A stretch of DNA of 61,912 nucleotides, counting the filler. It is 6 parts of 6 records of this genome, joined end to end, with 100 filler letters (N's around TTAATTAATTAA, not from the genome) between each part and the next. Parts side by side here need not be neighbours in the genome. Positions count along the whole stretch, not along the records: positions 49,787 to 55,516 come from SRR31147125_17694; positions 55,617 to 61,912 come from SRR31147125_17704; 4 more parts are not named here. One strand, written 5' to 3'. A program made the position numbers and the translations under genes. Positions 52,353 through 61,912 of this stretch are shown here, one piece after another. Below the pieces are notes generated by a model that saw nothing but the letters and a program-made list of their open reading frames with translations, did not search any database and was not told the origin of the DNA. Position 1 is the first letter of the stretch. Each line of letters opens with the position of its first letter.

Positions 52353-53890
52353 ATTCCATAGTACTTGTATTTCTCGTTTTCTATTATGTCGTTGTGGTCG
52401 GTATTGGTTTCTGGGCCGTTAGAAAAGGCGGCGCAAAGGATCTTGAAGGATTCCTGTTGGGAGGACGTAAAATCGGTCCTCTGGTAACGGCCATGACTCT
52501 TCAATCAACATCCATGAGTGGTTACATGTTTCTGGGCGGTGGTGCCGAAGGATTCAGGACCGGTTACTGGGCTATCTGGTATGCCGTAGGTGATTTGGGT
52601 GGCGGAGTCGTCAACCTTTCTGTCATCGGACGGCGGATGAGGAAGTTCAGTAAACTCCTCGGTTCTTTAACTGCGATAGAATATCTGGAACATAGGTATC
52701 CTCATCCTGCGATCAGATTGATTGGTGGCGGGTTATCGGTATTCCTTCTGTACTTCTATGTTCTGGCTCAGTTTATCGCAGGCGGTAAAGGAATGGCTCT
52801 GGTTACCGGGCTGCCCTATGCTGCAGCTCTTTGTATAGCTGTCGGTATTATAATGATCTATACCTTCCTGGGCGGTTATTTTGCTGTAGCTTATACGGAT
52901 TTTTTTCAGAGTATAGTCATGGTTGTGGGTATGATTTGGATCACCATTGCCACCTTCAGTGCTGTCGGCGGATTCGGAGCAGCAAATGCGGCGCTCGCCA
53001 AAATTGATCCAACCTATCTATCTATCTGGGGTAAGGATTTGGCATTTAAGGGTGAGTGGGGCGAGGTCGCCGGTGCGGTCCTTATCTTCTCTGTCGGGTA
53101 TATGGGCTGGCCCCATGTTGTTACCAGACATATGGCGATGGAAAGTCCGAAAACCGCCCGAATGGCGGCTCTTTATTCGACGATCTGGAACCTGTTTTTT
53201 GTAACAGCTCCCTATCTCCTCGGTATTATGGCTATCCTGATTCTGCCTAACCTGGCGGATCCTGAAGTTGCTATTTTTACCCTGGCAAGTAAACTTCTGC
53301 CTCCCGCAGTCACTGGTATTGTTATGGCGGCCATCATGGCGGCTATCATGTCCACGGCCGATTCGATCCTGCTTCAGGTCGGAACGATCGCCTCTCGTGA
53401 TATCTTCCAGAGGTTTTTTAAACCTGATGCCTCCGATCACCATATGGTCTGGGTTTCAAGAATCCTGATCCTTGTCATGGGAGTTATCGGCCTGCTTGTA
53501 GCGATTTTTAATCCTCCGGGAGTCTTCGCTATCGTTACTTTCACCACATCCGTACTGGGTTCGGCCTTCCTGCCCCTTTACGTCTGTGCTGTCTGGTGGA
53601 AAAAAGCCAACACCCCCGGAGCCCTGGCTTCGATGATCGGTGGTGCGCTGATCGCTTTTCTCTCCAGGAAGCTGGGATGGGGACTCCACCCCATGCTGGC
53701 CGGACTTATTGCCAGTATCCTTCTTATGGTTGTTGTTTCTCTGTTAACCCAGAAATCACATCCGGTACAGAAACATATCCTGGAAGCTATGGATGAGGCC
53801 TCCAAGCTTGGCCCTATCCCCAAGGAAATGCTCTCTTCTACCGATTCCAACCTGAGTGCTCAGGCTCGGAATATTAAGAAAAAACTGTAA
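52349..53890 (+). CDS. Sodium:solute symporter (PutP/PanF-like)
   Basis: F.LGGR..GP, S.SG..F.G, YT..GG..AV.YTDF.Q, G.PH...R, AAIMSTADS. Confidence 0.92.
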   Translation: MNSIVLVFLVFYYVVVVGIGFWAVRKGGAKDLEGFLLGGRKIGPLVTAMTLQSTSMSGYMFLGGGAEGFRTGYWAIWYAVGDLGGGVVNLSVIGRRMRKFSKLLGSLTAIEYLEHRYPHPAIRLIGGGLSVFLLYFYVLAQFIAGGKGMALVTGLPYAAALCIAVGIIMIYTFLGGYFAVAYTDFFQSIVMVVGMIWITIATFSAVGGFGAANAALAKIDPTYLSIWGKDLAFKGEWGEVAGAVLIFSVGYMGWPHVVTRHMAMESPKTARMAALYSTIWNLFFVTAPYLLGIMAILILPNLADPEVAIFTLASKLLPPAVTGIVMAAIMAAIMSTADSILLQVGTIASRDIFQRFFKPDASDHHMVWVSRILILVMGVIGLLVAIFNPPGVFAIVTFTTSVLGSAFLPLYVCAVWWKKANTPGALASMIGGALIAFLSRKLGWGLHPMLAGLIASILLMVVVSLLTQKSHPVQKHILEAMDEASKLGPIPKEMLSSTDSNLSAQARNIKKKL

Positions 53891-53899
53891 TTTTAAATC

Positions 53900-53930
53900 A
53901 ATATCCCCCGGGGGTCCCGGGGGATATTTT
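53900..53930 (+). terminator. Hairpin/terminator
   Basis: AATATCCCCCGGG-ggt-CCCGGGGGATATT-TT. Confidence 0.65.
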
Positions 53931-53945
53931 CGGGCGGGGAGCGCG

Positions 53946-54454
53946 TTGAGAATCAACACCATTGCGAAAGACATCGAGCGTGAAGACGCATATAAAATTA
54001 TCCAAAAAGTTTCGGGCGGATTTCAACCCCAGGTGCAGAAACTAATCTATTACCCCTATTTCTGGGTTTTTTTGAATATGAGGTGAAAACAATCCTCGGA
54101 AAACGTCAAATCAACGCCTACACCCTGGTGGACCTTCTTGAAAATCAGGCGGCAACGGCGGACAGTTTCAAGATCGAAGAGCTGGAGATTCCGGCTGAAA
54201 GTGTTCTGGAGCCGGTGTTCGATACAGATGCTGCAATGAAAACCGCACAGACCTATCTGGTTCACTCGGCCGTTCATCAGATGAAGTCACTTCAATTCCC
54301 CAGGTCTGAAGTTAAAAAAAGTATGGTCCTCTACAAACCTTTCTGGATTGTCCGCTGTGACAATGCCTCAGGGGAACGCTTTCGTGTTATAGTGGACTCC
54401 TTAACAGGAAAGTATGAAATTCTGAATGTCGAGGAGAAAGATAAGAATGAATAA
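53946..54454 (+). CDS. Hypothetical protein; frameshift at T7 54067-54073
   Basis: TTG start after GGGAG. One extra T fuses the two ORFs. Internal duplicated motif YYPYFWV / YKPFWIV. Confidence 0.65.
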
Positions 54455-55250
54455 ACTGTTGTTTTTACCGGGGCTGTTATTTCTAATCGTCATTTTTTTC
54501 AGAGTTGTGCTCCCTCTTTTAAAATCACCGGCATGGAAACGTCTTCTCGATTCCGCCCGTTATGAACGGGCCCGGAAAAACCCTGAAAAATCAGACAGGC
54601 TTCTTTTAAAGGCCGTCGCAAAATTTCCCGATCGGCCGGAGGTATATCTGGAGTATTACCTGAATCACTCTGATTCGGCAGATCTGGGGGCCCGGTTTGA
54701 GGTTTTGAAAGCGGGGTATGAAAGAACCGGCGATGTCCCTCTCTCCTTTTTTATCGGTTCCGCCTGGCTGGAAGAGGGCGATTTTGAGAAGGCTGCCGAG
54801 CTTCTGGAAAAAGAAGAGGTGACTTCTTTTATCAGAGAAAAACACATCCTGATTTTGCCTCTGCTTCATCTGGAAAGGGGAGATTATGAAAAAGCCGAAG
54901 AGACATTCTGGGATTTTCACCGGGTCAATTCTGCGGATGAGAAGGCTAAAACAGAACTCCTCGGGACTATGAGTGCCCAGGATATAATCACCCTGGTGAT
55001 CATTCGCCGGGCTGCTGGGGGACAGTGGCTGGAGGTTATGCAACACGTCCCTCTGCGGACAATCCATTCCGATATGAGCTGGGAAGACTACCGGCATCAG
55101 CTTGAGGAGAGCCTCGAAAAATTAAAGCCTGCCAGAACCGGAATTGCCGGTGCTCCGGATCGGTTCAATCGGCGGAGGGAGGCGTTTTTCAAGGAACGTA
55201 TGACCGTCGTTGACGAAGGAATAAAGAGTCTGGAGACCTCCCGGGGGTGA
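54447..55250 (+). CDS. Membrane-anchored TPR-like protein
   Basis: N-terminal TM; repeats of G..EKA.E in helical units. Confidence 0.7.
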   Translation: MNKLLFLPGLLFLIVIFFRVVLPLLKSPAWKRLLDSARYERARKNPEKSDRLLLKAVAKFPDRPEVYLEYYLNHSDSADLGARFEVLKAGYERTGDVPLSFFIGSAWLEEGDFEKAAELLEKEEVTSFIREKHILILPLLHLERGDYEKAEETFWDFHRVNSADEKAKTELLGTMSAQDIITLVIIRRAAGGQWLEVMQHVPLRTIHSDMSWEDYRHQLEESLEKLKPARTGIAGAPDRFNRRREAFFKERMTVVDEGIKSLETSRG

Positions 55251-55293
55251 GGCAGAGGTAACAGCCCTGCTAAGGTTCGTTCGTGTATTTTTA

Positions 55294-55516
55294 TCATTCC
55301 TGAAAGACTTCTTCCACATTCACTTCGAGCCCGGGAAGCAGGGGGGTTGTGAGAGTCTCTCCTTTTCGGAAACATTCGGGTTTGGAGAACTCGCCCTTCT
55401 GCAACCGGTAAACAAGGATCTGCCCGGCTTCGGGGATGACGATCCAGTACTCCGGGAGGCCGTGTTTCATATAGAGTTTGAACTTCTCGTTCTGATCCCT
55501 GTAGGCGGTGGAGGGG
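55294..55516 (-). CDS. Uma2 (DUF820) family endonuclease, C-terminal part
   Basis: Manual translation PST...D...K..LY...G.PEYWIV.P....VY.L ... LLPGL.V....VF. Confidence 0.85.
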
Positions 55517-55616
55517 NNNNNNNNNNNNNNNNNNNNNNNNNNNNNNNNNNNNNNNNNNNNTTAATTAATTAANNNNNNNNNNNNNNNNNNNNNNNNNNNN
55601 NNNNNNNNNNNNNNNN
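55517..55616. other. Artificial contig spacer
   Basis: N44-TTAATTAATTAA-N44. Confidence 0.99.
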
Positions 55617-55768
55617 ATTTTAGATGAAATCGAAGACTTTTTTTATAAGGAGGAAAGAAGTTAAAAAGTATTTGGAAAAAAAGAGAAAATAATTAGTGAA
55701 TGAAAGTTTTGAGTGTAAAAATAGAATTATACTTCACAATTAGTAATTCACAAAAAGGAGATGAAAAG

Positions 55769-57145
55769 ATGAAAGTATTTTCAAAGTTTCAAGCGTTAGG
55801 AAAAGCACTAATGATGCCAATAGCAGTAATGCCGGTAGCAGCTATTTTATTGAGATTAGGTGTGTTATGGAATTTATCTTTTGTAACAGCAGCAGGTTCA
55901 GCAATCTTTGATAATTTGGCAATATTATTTGCAATAGGTGTGGCTATTGGACTTGCGAAGGACAATGCGGGAGCAGCAGGCTTAGCAGGTGTTGTCGGAC
56001 ATTTTGTAATCTTAAACGGAGCAAAGGCTATCAATGGGGATATAAACATGGGTGTATTCTCAGGAATTATTGGTGGATTGGTAGCAGCAAATATGTATAA
56101 CAGATATCATAAAATTCAACTACCAGAATTCTTAGGTTTCTTTGGTGGAAGAAGGTTTGTACCAATAATTACATCTTTAGTTTGTATCGTATTAGCGGGA
56201 GTATTTGGATATGTGTGGCCAGTTATTCAAGATGGATTAGATGTAACTGCAAAATGGATGATAGGTTCTGGTTCAATAGGACTGTTCTCATTTGGGGTAC
56301 TTAATAGATTACTGATTCCAACTGGATTACACCACGTAATCAACTCAATGGCTTGGTTTACATTTGGGAATTTTGAATACCTAAAAGACGGAGTAGAAGT
56401 AGTAGCTAATGGTGATCTACATAGATTCTTCGCTGGAGATCCAGCAGCAGGTATATTTATGACAGGATTTTTCCCAGTGATGATGTTTGGATTACCAGCG
56501 GCAGCGTTAGCAATGTATACAACAGCTAAAAAGGAAAATAAAAAGAGAGTAGCAGGGGTTCTGTTTAGTATAGCTTTCACAGCATTTTTAACAGGAATAA
56601 CTGAACCAATTGAATTTATGTTTATGTTTTTAGCACCTGGTTTATATTTGATTCATGCGATATTAACAGGAGTGGCACTAGCATTAACGGCAGCATTAGG
56701 AATTCATCATGGTTTTGGGTTCTCAGCAGGAGCAATAGATTTCTTCTTAAATATGAATATAGCGACGAAAGGTTGGTTACTTATTCCCGTTGGAATAGCT
56801 TTTGCAATAGTATACTATATTATATTTGTTGCTGCGATAAAAATGTACAATTTAGCAACTCCAGGAAGAGAAGATGAAAATGAAGAGGATAAAGAAGAAA
56901 CTGGATCTTCTGACCAGTTATCTATTCAAGTTTTAAAAGCATTAGGTGGAAAAGAAAATATAATTTCAGTAGATGCTTGTATTACTAGATTACGATTAGA
57001 GGTTAAAAACCAAGATGTTATTCAAGATCAGGTACTTAAAAATTTAGGAGCAAAAGGAGTAATTAGACCATCAGAAACTACTACTCAGGTAATTTTCGGT
57101 GCAAAGGCTGAAATAATTGCTCAAGAAATTAGAAATTTGAAATAA
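55769..57145 (+). CDS. nagE: PTS N-acetylglucosamine-specific IICB component
   Basis: Q.LGKALM.PIA, FFGGRRFVP, GLHH, GITEPIEF, IIB DACITRLR; AAGGAG RBS. Confidence 0.92.
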   Translation: MKVFSKFQALGKALMMPIAVMPVAAILLRLGVLWNLSFVTAAGSAIFDNLAILFAIGVAIGLAKDNAGAAGLAGVVGHFVILNGAKAINGDINMGVFSGIIGGLVAANMYNRYHKIQLPEFLGFFGGRRFVPIITSLVCIVLAGVFGYVWPVIQDGLDVTAKWMIGSGSIGLFSFGVLNRLLIPTGLHHVINSMAWFTFGNFEYLKDGVEVVANGDLHRFFAGDPAAGIFMTGFFPVMMFGLPAAALAMYTTAKKENKKRVAGVLFSIAFTAFLTGITEPIEFMFMFLAPGLYLIHAILTGVALALTAALGIHHGFGFSAGAIDFFLNMNIATKGWLLIPVGIAFAIVYYIIFVAAIKMYNLATPGREDENEEDKEETGSSDQLSIQVLKALGGKENIISVDACITRLRLEVKNQDVIQDQVLKNLGAKGVIRPSETTTQVIFGAKAEIIAQEIRNLK

Positions 57146-57256
57146 ATAGCTTAAACCGGTTGAGTAATATTTTAAAATCTTTTATAATTGAGTTAGAGTT
57201 TCATCTAAGAGAAAGCATAGAAAAATACTTGATAATGAATAAAGTTGGAGGAGAAG

Positions 57257-57994
57257 ATGAGTAAAATATCAAAAGACAGTATTATACCTCTTTATCATCA
57301 AATAAAAAAACTTATAAAAGATATGATAAAAAATGACTTAATAAAACCGGGAGATTCAGTTCCTTCAGAAAGAGAATTAAGTAAAAAATACTCAATTAGT
57401 CGGCTGACTGCAAATAAAGCTGTGTCTGAGTTAGTTGACGAAGGAATTCTTTATAGAGAAAAAGGAAAAGGAACCTTTGTATCTAAACCCAAACAATCAC
57501 AAAAACTAGAATATCTAAAGAGTTTTACAGAAGAGATGAAAGAAAAAGGTTTAATTACTAAAACAGAAATTCTAGAATTTGAAATAGAGAATATAGAACA
57601 TAAATTGCGAGAAAAAATCAATATTGATAAAAGTGTAGAGAGAATTATAAGAATTAAAAGATTAAGAATTATTGAAGAAGAGCCTTTTGCAATTGAAACT
57701 GTTTGGATTCCTCTAAAATATTGTCCGGATTTGACAAAAGAAAGATTAGAGGGTAAATCACTTTATAATGTATTACAAAGAGATTATGGTTTAGAACCCT
57801 TTTATGCAAAACAGGCAATAAAACCTATAAAAGTATGTAAAAATGAAGCAGGAATACTTAAAATAAAAAAAGGTGATTTGGCACTTCTATTTAATAGAAG
57901 GACATATCTTAAAAATGATGAGATAATAGAGTACACTGAAACTATTAATAGATGCGATAGGTATGAGTATGAAGTTATTTTGAAGCATAATTAA
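57257..57994 (+). CDS. GntR/HutC (UTRA) regulator, NagR-like
   Basis: PLY.QI, PSEREL, SR.T..KA, G.GTFV, SFTEEM; nag operon context. Confidence 0.9.
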   Translation: MSKISKDSIIPLYHQIKKLIKDMIKNDLIKPGDSVPSERELSKKYSISRLTANKAVSELVDEGILYREKGKGTFVSKPKQSQKLEYLKSFTEEMKEKGLITKTEILEFEIENIEHKLREKINIDKSVERIIRIKRLRIIEEEPFAIETVWIPLKYCPDLTKERLEGKSLYNVLQRDYGLEPFYAKQAIKPIKVCKNEAGILKIKKGDLALLFNRRTYLKNDEIIEYTETINRCDRYEYEVILKHN

Positions 57995-58026
57995 TTTTAA
58001 GAGAGTCATTAGAGAAGGAGTGGAAT

Positions 58027-58839
58027 ATGCCATTAAAAATAAATCCAAATACAGTGAATATTGATAAAGCAGATAGTCTGAAGATAGTAGAGCTAATGAA
58101 TGCAGAGGATAAGAAAATAGCTTTTGAAGTAGAAAAATCAAAAGAATCAATAGCAGCAGCTATAGATTTAATGGAAAAATGTTTAAGGGAAGATGGAAAA
58201 ATAATATACTTGGGAAGTGGGACAAGTGGAAAATTAGCAGTTATTGACGCTTCCGAATGTCCACCTACCTTTGGTGTGGATGATGATATGATCATAGCTT
58301 TGATTTCAGGTGGAAATGAAGCCGTTTATGGTTGGAAAGAAGAAACAGAGGATAATTTAGCTTTAGCTGAAAAGGATTTATCTGATATTAATTTCTCCTC
58401 AAAAGATATATTAGTTTCGGTATCAGCAAGCGGTAATACTCCTTATGCTGTGTCGGGAGTGGAGTATGCCAAAGAACTTGGTGCAAAGACTATAGGTTTA
58501 TTTTGTGCAAAAGAATCTAAAATGGAAAAACTAGTTGATATAGGTATTTTGGTTGATGTAGGTCCGGAAGTAATTGCCGGATCTACTAGGCTAAAAGCTG
58601 GAACAGCACAAAAAATGGTTTTAAATATGCTTAGCACAGGAGTTATGATAAGACTAGGTTATGTGTATAGTAACTTAATGATTAACCTAAAACCTATTAA
58701 TCAAAAACTAAAAGATAGATTAATTGATATAGTTTCAATTGCATCAAAAAAAACTAGATTAGAAGCTAAAACTACTCTAGAAAGAAGTAAATATGATGTA
58801 AAGCTGGCGATAAAGGAATTGGGAAAAGAGGAACGCTGA
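58027..58839 (+). CDS. murQ: N-acetylmuramic acid 6-phosphate etherase
   Basis: G.GTSG.L...DASECPPTFG, ASG.TPY, GPE...GSTRLKAGTAQK.VLNM. Confidence 0.93.
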   Translation: MPLKINPNTVNIDKADSLKIVELMNAEDKKIAFEVEKSKESIAAAIDLMEKCLREDGKIIYLGSGTSGKLAVIDASECPPTFGVDDDMIIALISGGNEAVYGWKEETEDNLALAEKDLSDINFSSKDILVSVSASGNTPYAVSGVEYAKELGAKTIGLFCAKESKMEKLVDIGILVDVGPEVIAGSTRLKAGTAQKMVLNMLSTGVMIRLGYVYSNLMINLKPINQKLKDRLIDIVSIASKKTRLEAKTTLERSKYDVKLAIKELGKEER

Positions 58840-59981
58840 TGAAAGCAATAATAAATGGAAAAATAATTCACAAAGATAAGATTTTAGAGGATTATGTGAT
58901 TGTTTTTGATAAGAGGATTAAAGAAATCCTGAAAGTTGAAGATTTTGAGAAGGGTAGTTACGATATTGAAATAATTGACGCTAGTGGAAACTATGTATCG
59001 CCAGGTTTTATAGATATTCATATTCATGGATGTGCAAATAGTGATGTAATGGATGGAACTAAAGAAGCTCTTGAAACAATGGGAAAAACAATAGCTAAAA
59101 ATGGAGTAACATCTTACCTACCGACAACAATGACTATGGATAAAAAAATAATAAAAAAAGCATTGGTGAATATTAGAGAAGCGATATCAATGAATATAGA
59201 GGGTGCAGAAATATTAGGAGCTCATCTTGAGGGGCCTTTTATAAATGAAAAATATAAAGGGGCTCAAAATGAAAAACATATTATAGATCCTGACTACGAA
59301 TTTGTAAAATCTTATTTAGATGTCATTAAATTAATTACATATGCTCCTGAAAAGGATAATAATTATGAGTTCACTGATAAGATGTGCAGTTGTCATAAAG
59401 ATGTTACTTTATCTATTGGTCACACTGATGCAGATTATAGAACATGTATGGATGTAATTGATAAAGGAGTTTCTCACATAACTCATTTATTTAATGCAAT
59501 GCCAGGTTTTCATCATAGAGAACCTGGTGTTATTGGGGCAGCTTTTAATAGTGATGTAAGCTGTGAGTTGATAGCAGACAATGTACATATCAATCCAGAG
59601 AATTATAATATAGTATTAAATATTAAAGCAGAAGATAAAGTAGTGTTAATAACTGACTCTATGAGAGCTGGTTGCCTAAAGAGTGGAACATATGATTTAG
59701 GAGGACAAGAAGTAATAGTAGAAGGAAATGCAGCTAGATTAAAAGATGGAACATTGGCTGGAAGTATATTAAAATTAAATGATGCAGTTAATAATATAAA
59801 GAAAAAAACAGAAATAGATCTACTTCATTCAATTAAACTTGTAACAATTAACCCTGCAACTGTTATAGGTGTTCAAGATAGAAAAGGAAGCCTTGAAGAG
59901 GGAAAAGATGCAGATATTATAATAATTGATGAAAACTTCCAGATATATAAAACAATAGTAAATGGAGAGGTACAGTATTAA
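58839..59981 (+). CDS. nagA: N-acetylglucosamine-6-phosphate deacetylase
   Basis: PGFIDIHIHG, HLEGPF, GHT, THLFNAM, TDSM, LAGS. Confidence 0.96.
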   Translation: MKAIINGKIIHKDKILEDYVIVFDKRIKEILKVEDFEKGSYDIEIIDASGNYVSPGFIDIHIHGCANSDVMDGTKEALETMGKTIAKNGVTSYLPTTMTMDKKIIKKALVNIREAISMNIEGAEILGAHLEGPFINEKYKGAQNEKHIIDPDYEFVKSYLDVIKLITYAPEKDNNYEFTDKMCSCHKDVTLSIGHTDADYRTCMDVIDKGVSHITHLFNAMPGFHHREPGVIGAAFNSDVSCELIADNVHINPENYNIVLNIKAEDKVVLITDSMRAGCLKSGTYDLGGQEVIVEGNAARLKDGTLAGSILKLNDAVNNIKKKTEIDLLHSIKLVTINPATVIGVQDRKGSLEEGKDADIIIIDENFQIYKTIVNGEVQY

Positions 59982-60025
59982 TTTATTAAAAGAAATTAAC
60001 AGTTTATTTATATATGGGAGGTTAT

Positions 60026-60844
60026 ATGAGGTTAATTATCACAGATGAAATGAGTGAATGGGCAGCGCTTTATGTAGTACAGGAGATTAATAAATCTAGG
60101 GCTAGAGGGAAGAAACATTTTGTGCTGGGACTTCCAACTGGTGGAACACCACTTGAAATGTATAAAAAATTAATTAAGTTTAATAAAGAAGGTTTGATTA
60201 GTTTTGAAAATGTAGTGACTTTTAATATGGATGAGTATGTGGGGCTTCCTGAGGAACACCCTGAGAGTTACCACTCCTTTATGTATAACAATTTCTTTAA
60301 TCATATTGATATTAAAGATGAAAACATAAATATACTAAACGGAAACTCAAATGATTTAGAACAAGAGTGTAAAGACTACGAAGAAAAAATTAAAAGTTTT
60401 GGAGGAATTGATCTCTTTATTGGAGGTGTAGGAGCAGATGGACATATTGCATTTAACGAACCATGCTCATCATTATCCTCAAGAACAAGAATTAAAACTT
60501 TAAATGAAGAAACTAGAATAGCAAACTCAAGATTTTTTGAAAATGATATAGCTAAAGTTCCGAAAACAGCCTTAACAGTTGGAGTAGGAACGATACTGGA
60601 TTCAAAAGAAGTTTTGATACTTGTAAAAGGGTATGGAAAAGCCTTGGCATTGAAACAAGCTGTAGAGGGAAGCGTCAATCATATGTGGACAATAACAGCT
60701 TTACAGACTCATCGTAAAGGGATAATCGTTTGTGATGAATCGTCTACAATGGAATTAAAGGTTAAAACAGTAAAATATTTCAAGGATCTTGAAAAAAATA
60801 ATCTGAATGTAAAAGAAATTTTAAATAGAATAAAAAATAATTAA
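60026..60844 (+). CDS. nagB: Glucosamine-6-phosphate deaminase
   Basis: [28 protein letters not shown]. Confidence 0.97.
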   Translation: MRLIITDEMSEWAALYVVQEINKSRARGKKHFVLGLPTGGTPLEMYKKLIKFNKEGLISFENVVTFNMDEYVGLPEEHPESYHSFMYNNFFNHIDIKDENINILNGNSNDLEQECKDYEEKIKSFGGIDLFIGGVGADGHIAFNEPCSSLSSRTRIKTLNEETRIANSRFFENDIAKVPKTALTVGVGTILDSKEVLILVKGYGKALALKQAVEGSVNHMWTITALQTHRKGIIVCDESSTMELKVKTVKYFKDLEKNNLNVKEILNRIKNN

Positions 60845-60847
60845 ACT

Positions 60848-60889
60848 AATAAGGAAAAAGAAACTAAATGTTTCTTTTTCCTTATTTTT
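60848..60889 (+). terminator. Rho-independent terminator
   Basis: 17-bp inverted repeat AATAAGGAAAAAGAAAC / GTTTCTTTTTCCTTATT plus T tract. Confidence 0.85.
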
Positions 60890-60942
60890 ATTAATATTAA
60901 ATGAGTATAGAAAAATCAATAGTTAAAAACTCTGTAAAAACT

Positions 60943-60991
60943 TTTACAAATCTTTTACAAGTTGTTAATGAGCTGTTTACAGAACTTTAGT
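60943..60991 (+). promoter_or_regulatory. Pho-box-like direct repeats
   Basis: TTTACA at 60943, 60954 and 60976, with degenerate TTAATG at 60965 (11-nt period); TATAAT follows; upstream of pstC. Confidence 0.7.
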
Positions 60992-61039
60992 ATAATCAAC
61001 TTGTAAAATAAAATTTTAAAAGATGCAGAAAGGAAAAAA

Positions 61040-61912
61040 ATGGATATTAGAAAATTTAAAGACAAATCAATGAAAAATGTAATATTTGGAGTAGCAGGAT
61101 TTAATATTTTAATCGTATTTCTTATATTTATGTTTGTTTTTACAAATAGTATAAAGTTTTTTAGTCATCATCCGGCAGGGAAATTCTTCGGAGGAGTTGA
61201 GTGGATATCAACATCTGATATATTTGGTTTTTTACCTCTATTAACAGGAAGTTTATGGGTTACATTTACAGCTTTAATAATTGCAGTACCTTTAAGTGTA
61301 ATAACAGCTGTTTACATAGCAGAATATGCGCATAAAAAAACAAGAGATATATTGAAAATTTTAATAGAAACGATGGCAGCTTTACCTTCAGTTGCTTTAG
61401 GATATATAGGATTATATGTACTAGCAGGACCGATTAAAAAGTTGTTTAACTTAGATACAGGTTTAACAGCCTTAACAGGTGGAATAATGTTAGCATTTAT
61501 GTCTATCCCTACAATGGTAAGTATAGCAGATGATGCTATTAGAGCACTGGATAAATCGTATAAAGAAGCGTCACTTGCACTCGGAGCTAATAAATTAGAA
61601 ACAATAATAAAAATCTTATTACCAGCAGCTTTCCCTGGTATATTCGCAGGAGTTATGCTTGGGTTTGGTAGAATAATAGGAGAAACAATGACAGTTCTTA
61701 TGGTAACAGGAAACTCACCTAATATCGGAGCAGGATTACTTGATCCGGTAAGAACAATGACAGCAACAATTGCAGCAGAAATGGGAGAGGTAGTTAATGG
61801 AAGTGAACATTATTACTCACTGTTTGCAATTGGTTTAGTACTGTTTGTAATTTCGTTTATTACTAATAGTTTAGGAGATTACTTCATTCACAAATCAAGA
61901 AAAGCAGCTAAA
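61040..61912 (+). CDS. pstC: Phosphate ABC transporter permease PstC (runs to window end; absent from the ORF track)
   Basis: Manual translation: G.LPL..GS, A.YIAEY, E..AALPSV..G, EASLALGA, GRIIGETM.V.MV.GN, RT.TATIA.EMGE, LFAIG..LF. Confidence 0.93.
   Translation, partial: MDIRKFKDKSMKNVIFGVAGFNILIVFLIFMFVFTNSIKFFSHHPAGKFFGGVEWISTSDIFGFLPLLTGSLWVTFTALIIAVPLSVITAVYIAEYAHKKTRDILKILIETMAALPSVALGYIGLYVLAGPIKKLFNLDTGLTALTGGIMLAFMSIPTMVSIADDAIRALDKSYKEASLALGANKLETIIKILLPAAFPGIFAGVMLGFGRIIGETMTVLMVTGNSPNIGAGLLDPVRTMTATIAAEMGEVVNGSEHYYSLFAIGLVLFVISFITNSLGDYFIHKSRKAAK

Overview
The window is not one locus. It is six unrelated bacterial contigs joined by five artificial 100-nt spacers (N44-TTAATTAATTAA-N44). 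Taxonomic labels are impressions from gene content and base composition. (1) 1-7594, AT-rich, Clostridia-like: cold-shock gene, two tandem SH3/peptidoglycan-binding paralogues with an unassigned His/Cys C-terminal domain, S41 protease, mtnA, a P-loop kinase and a lipoprotein. (2) 7695-29425, all minus strand: a Wzx/Wzy-type surface-glycan cluster containing an Arn-like module (SDR, GNAT, DegT aminotransferase, GtrB-like GT2, two GT-C transferases), followed by two large secreted multidomain carbohydrate-active proteins. (3) 29526-41896, Desulfobacterales-like: a SulP permease divergent from an OrpR-like PAS(CX8CX3C) sigma-54 activator, a NifX/Orange-protein-like gene, a sensor kinase, a receiver, a pseudo-kinase and a cytidylate-kinase-like receiver with its own sigma-54 promoter. 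It also holds a cNMP-GGDEF protein and an rsgA preceded by a candidate leader-peptide attenuator. (4) 41997-49686, Bacteroidota-like: dnaN region, GntR-SPFH operon, alanine/glycine symporter. (5) 49787-55516, Spirochaetia-like: gdhA, degenerate IS1595-like transposase, sodium:solute symporter, Uma2 fragment. (6) 55617-61912, Fusobacteriia-like: nagE-GntR-murQ-nagA-nagB, then pstC with Pho-box-like repeats. About a dozen genes in five contigs are frameshifted at homopolymer runs, which is best explained as sequencing error. I saw no rRNA, tRNA or CRISPR array. The best candidate for a poorly described system is the redox-sensor/phosphorelay/SulP locus at 29567-38985.
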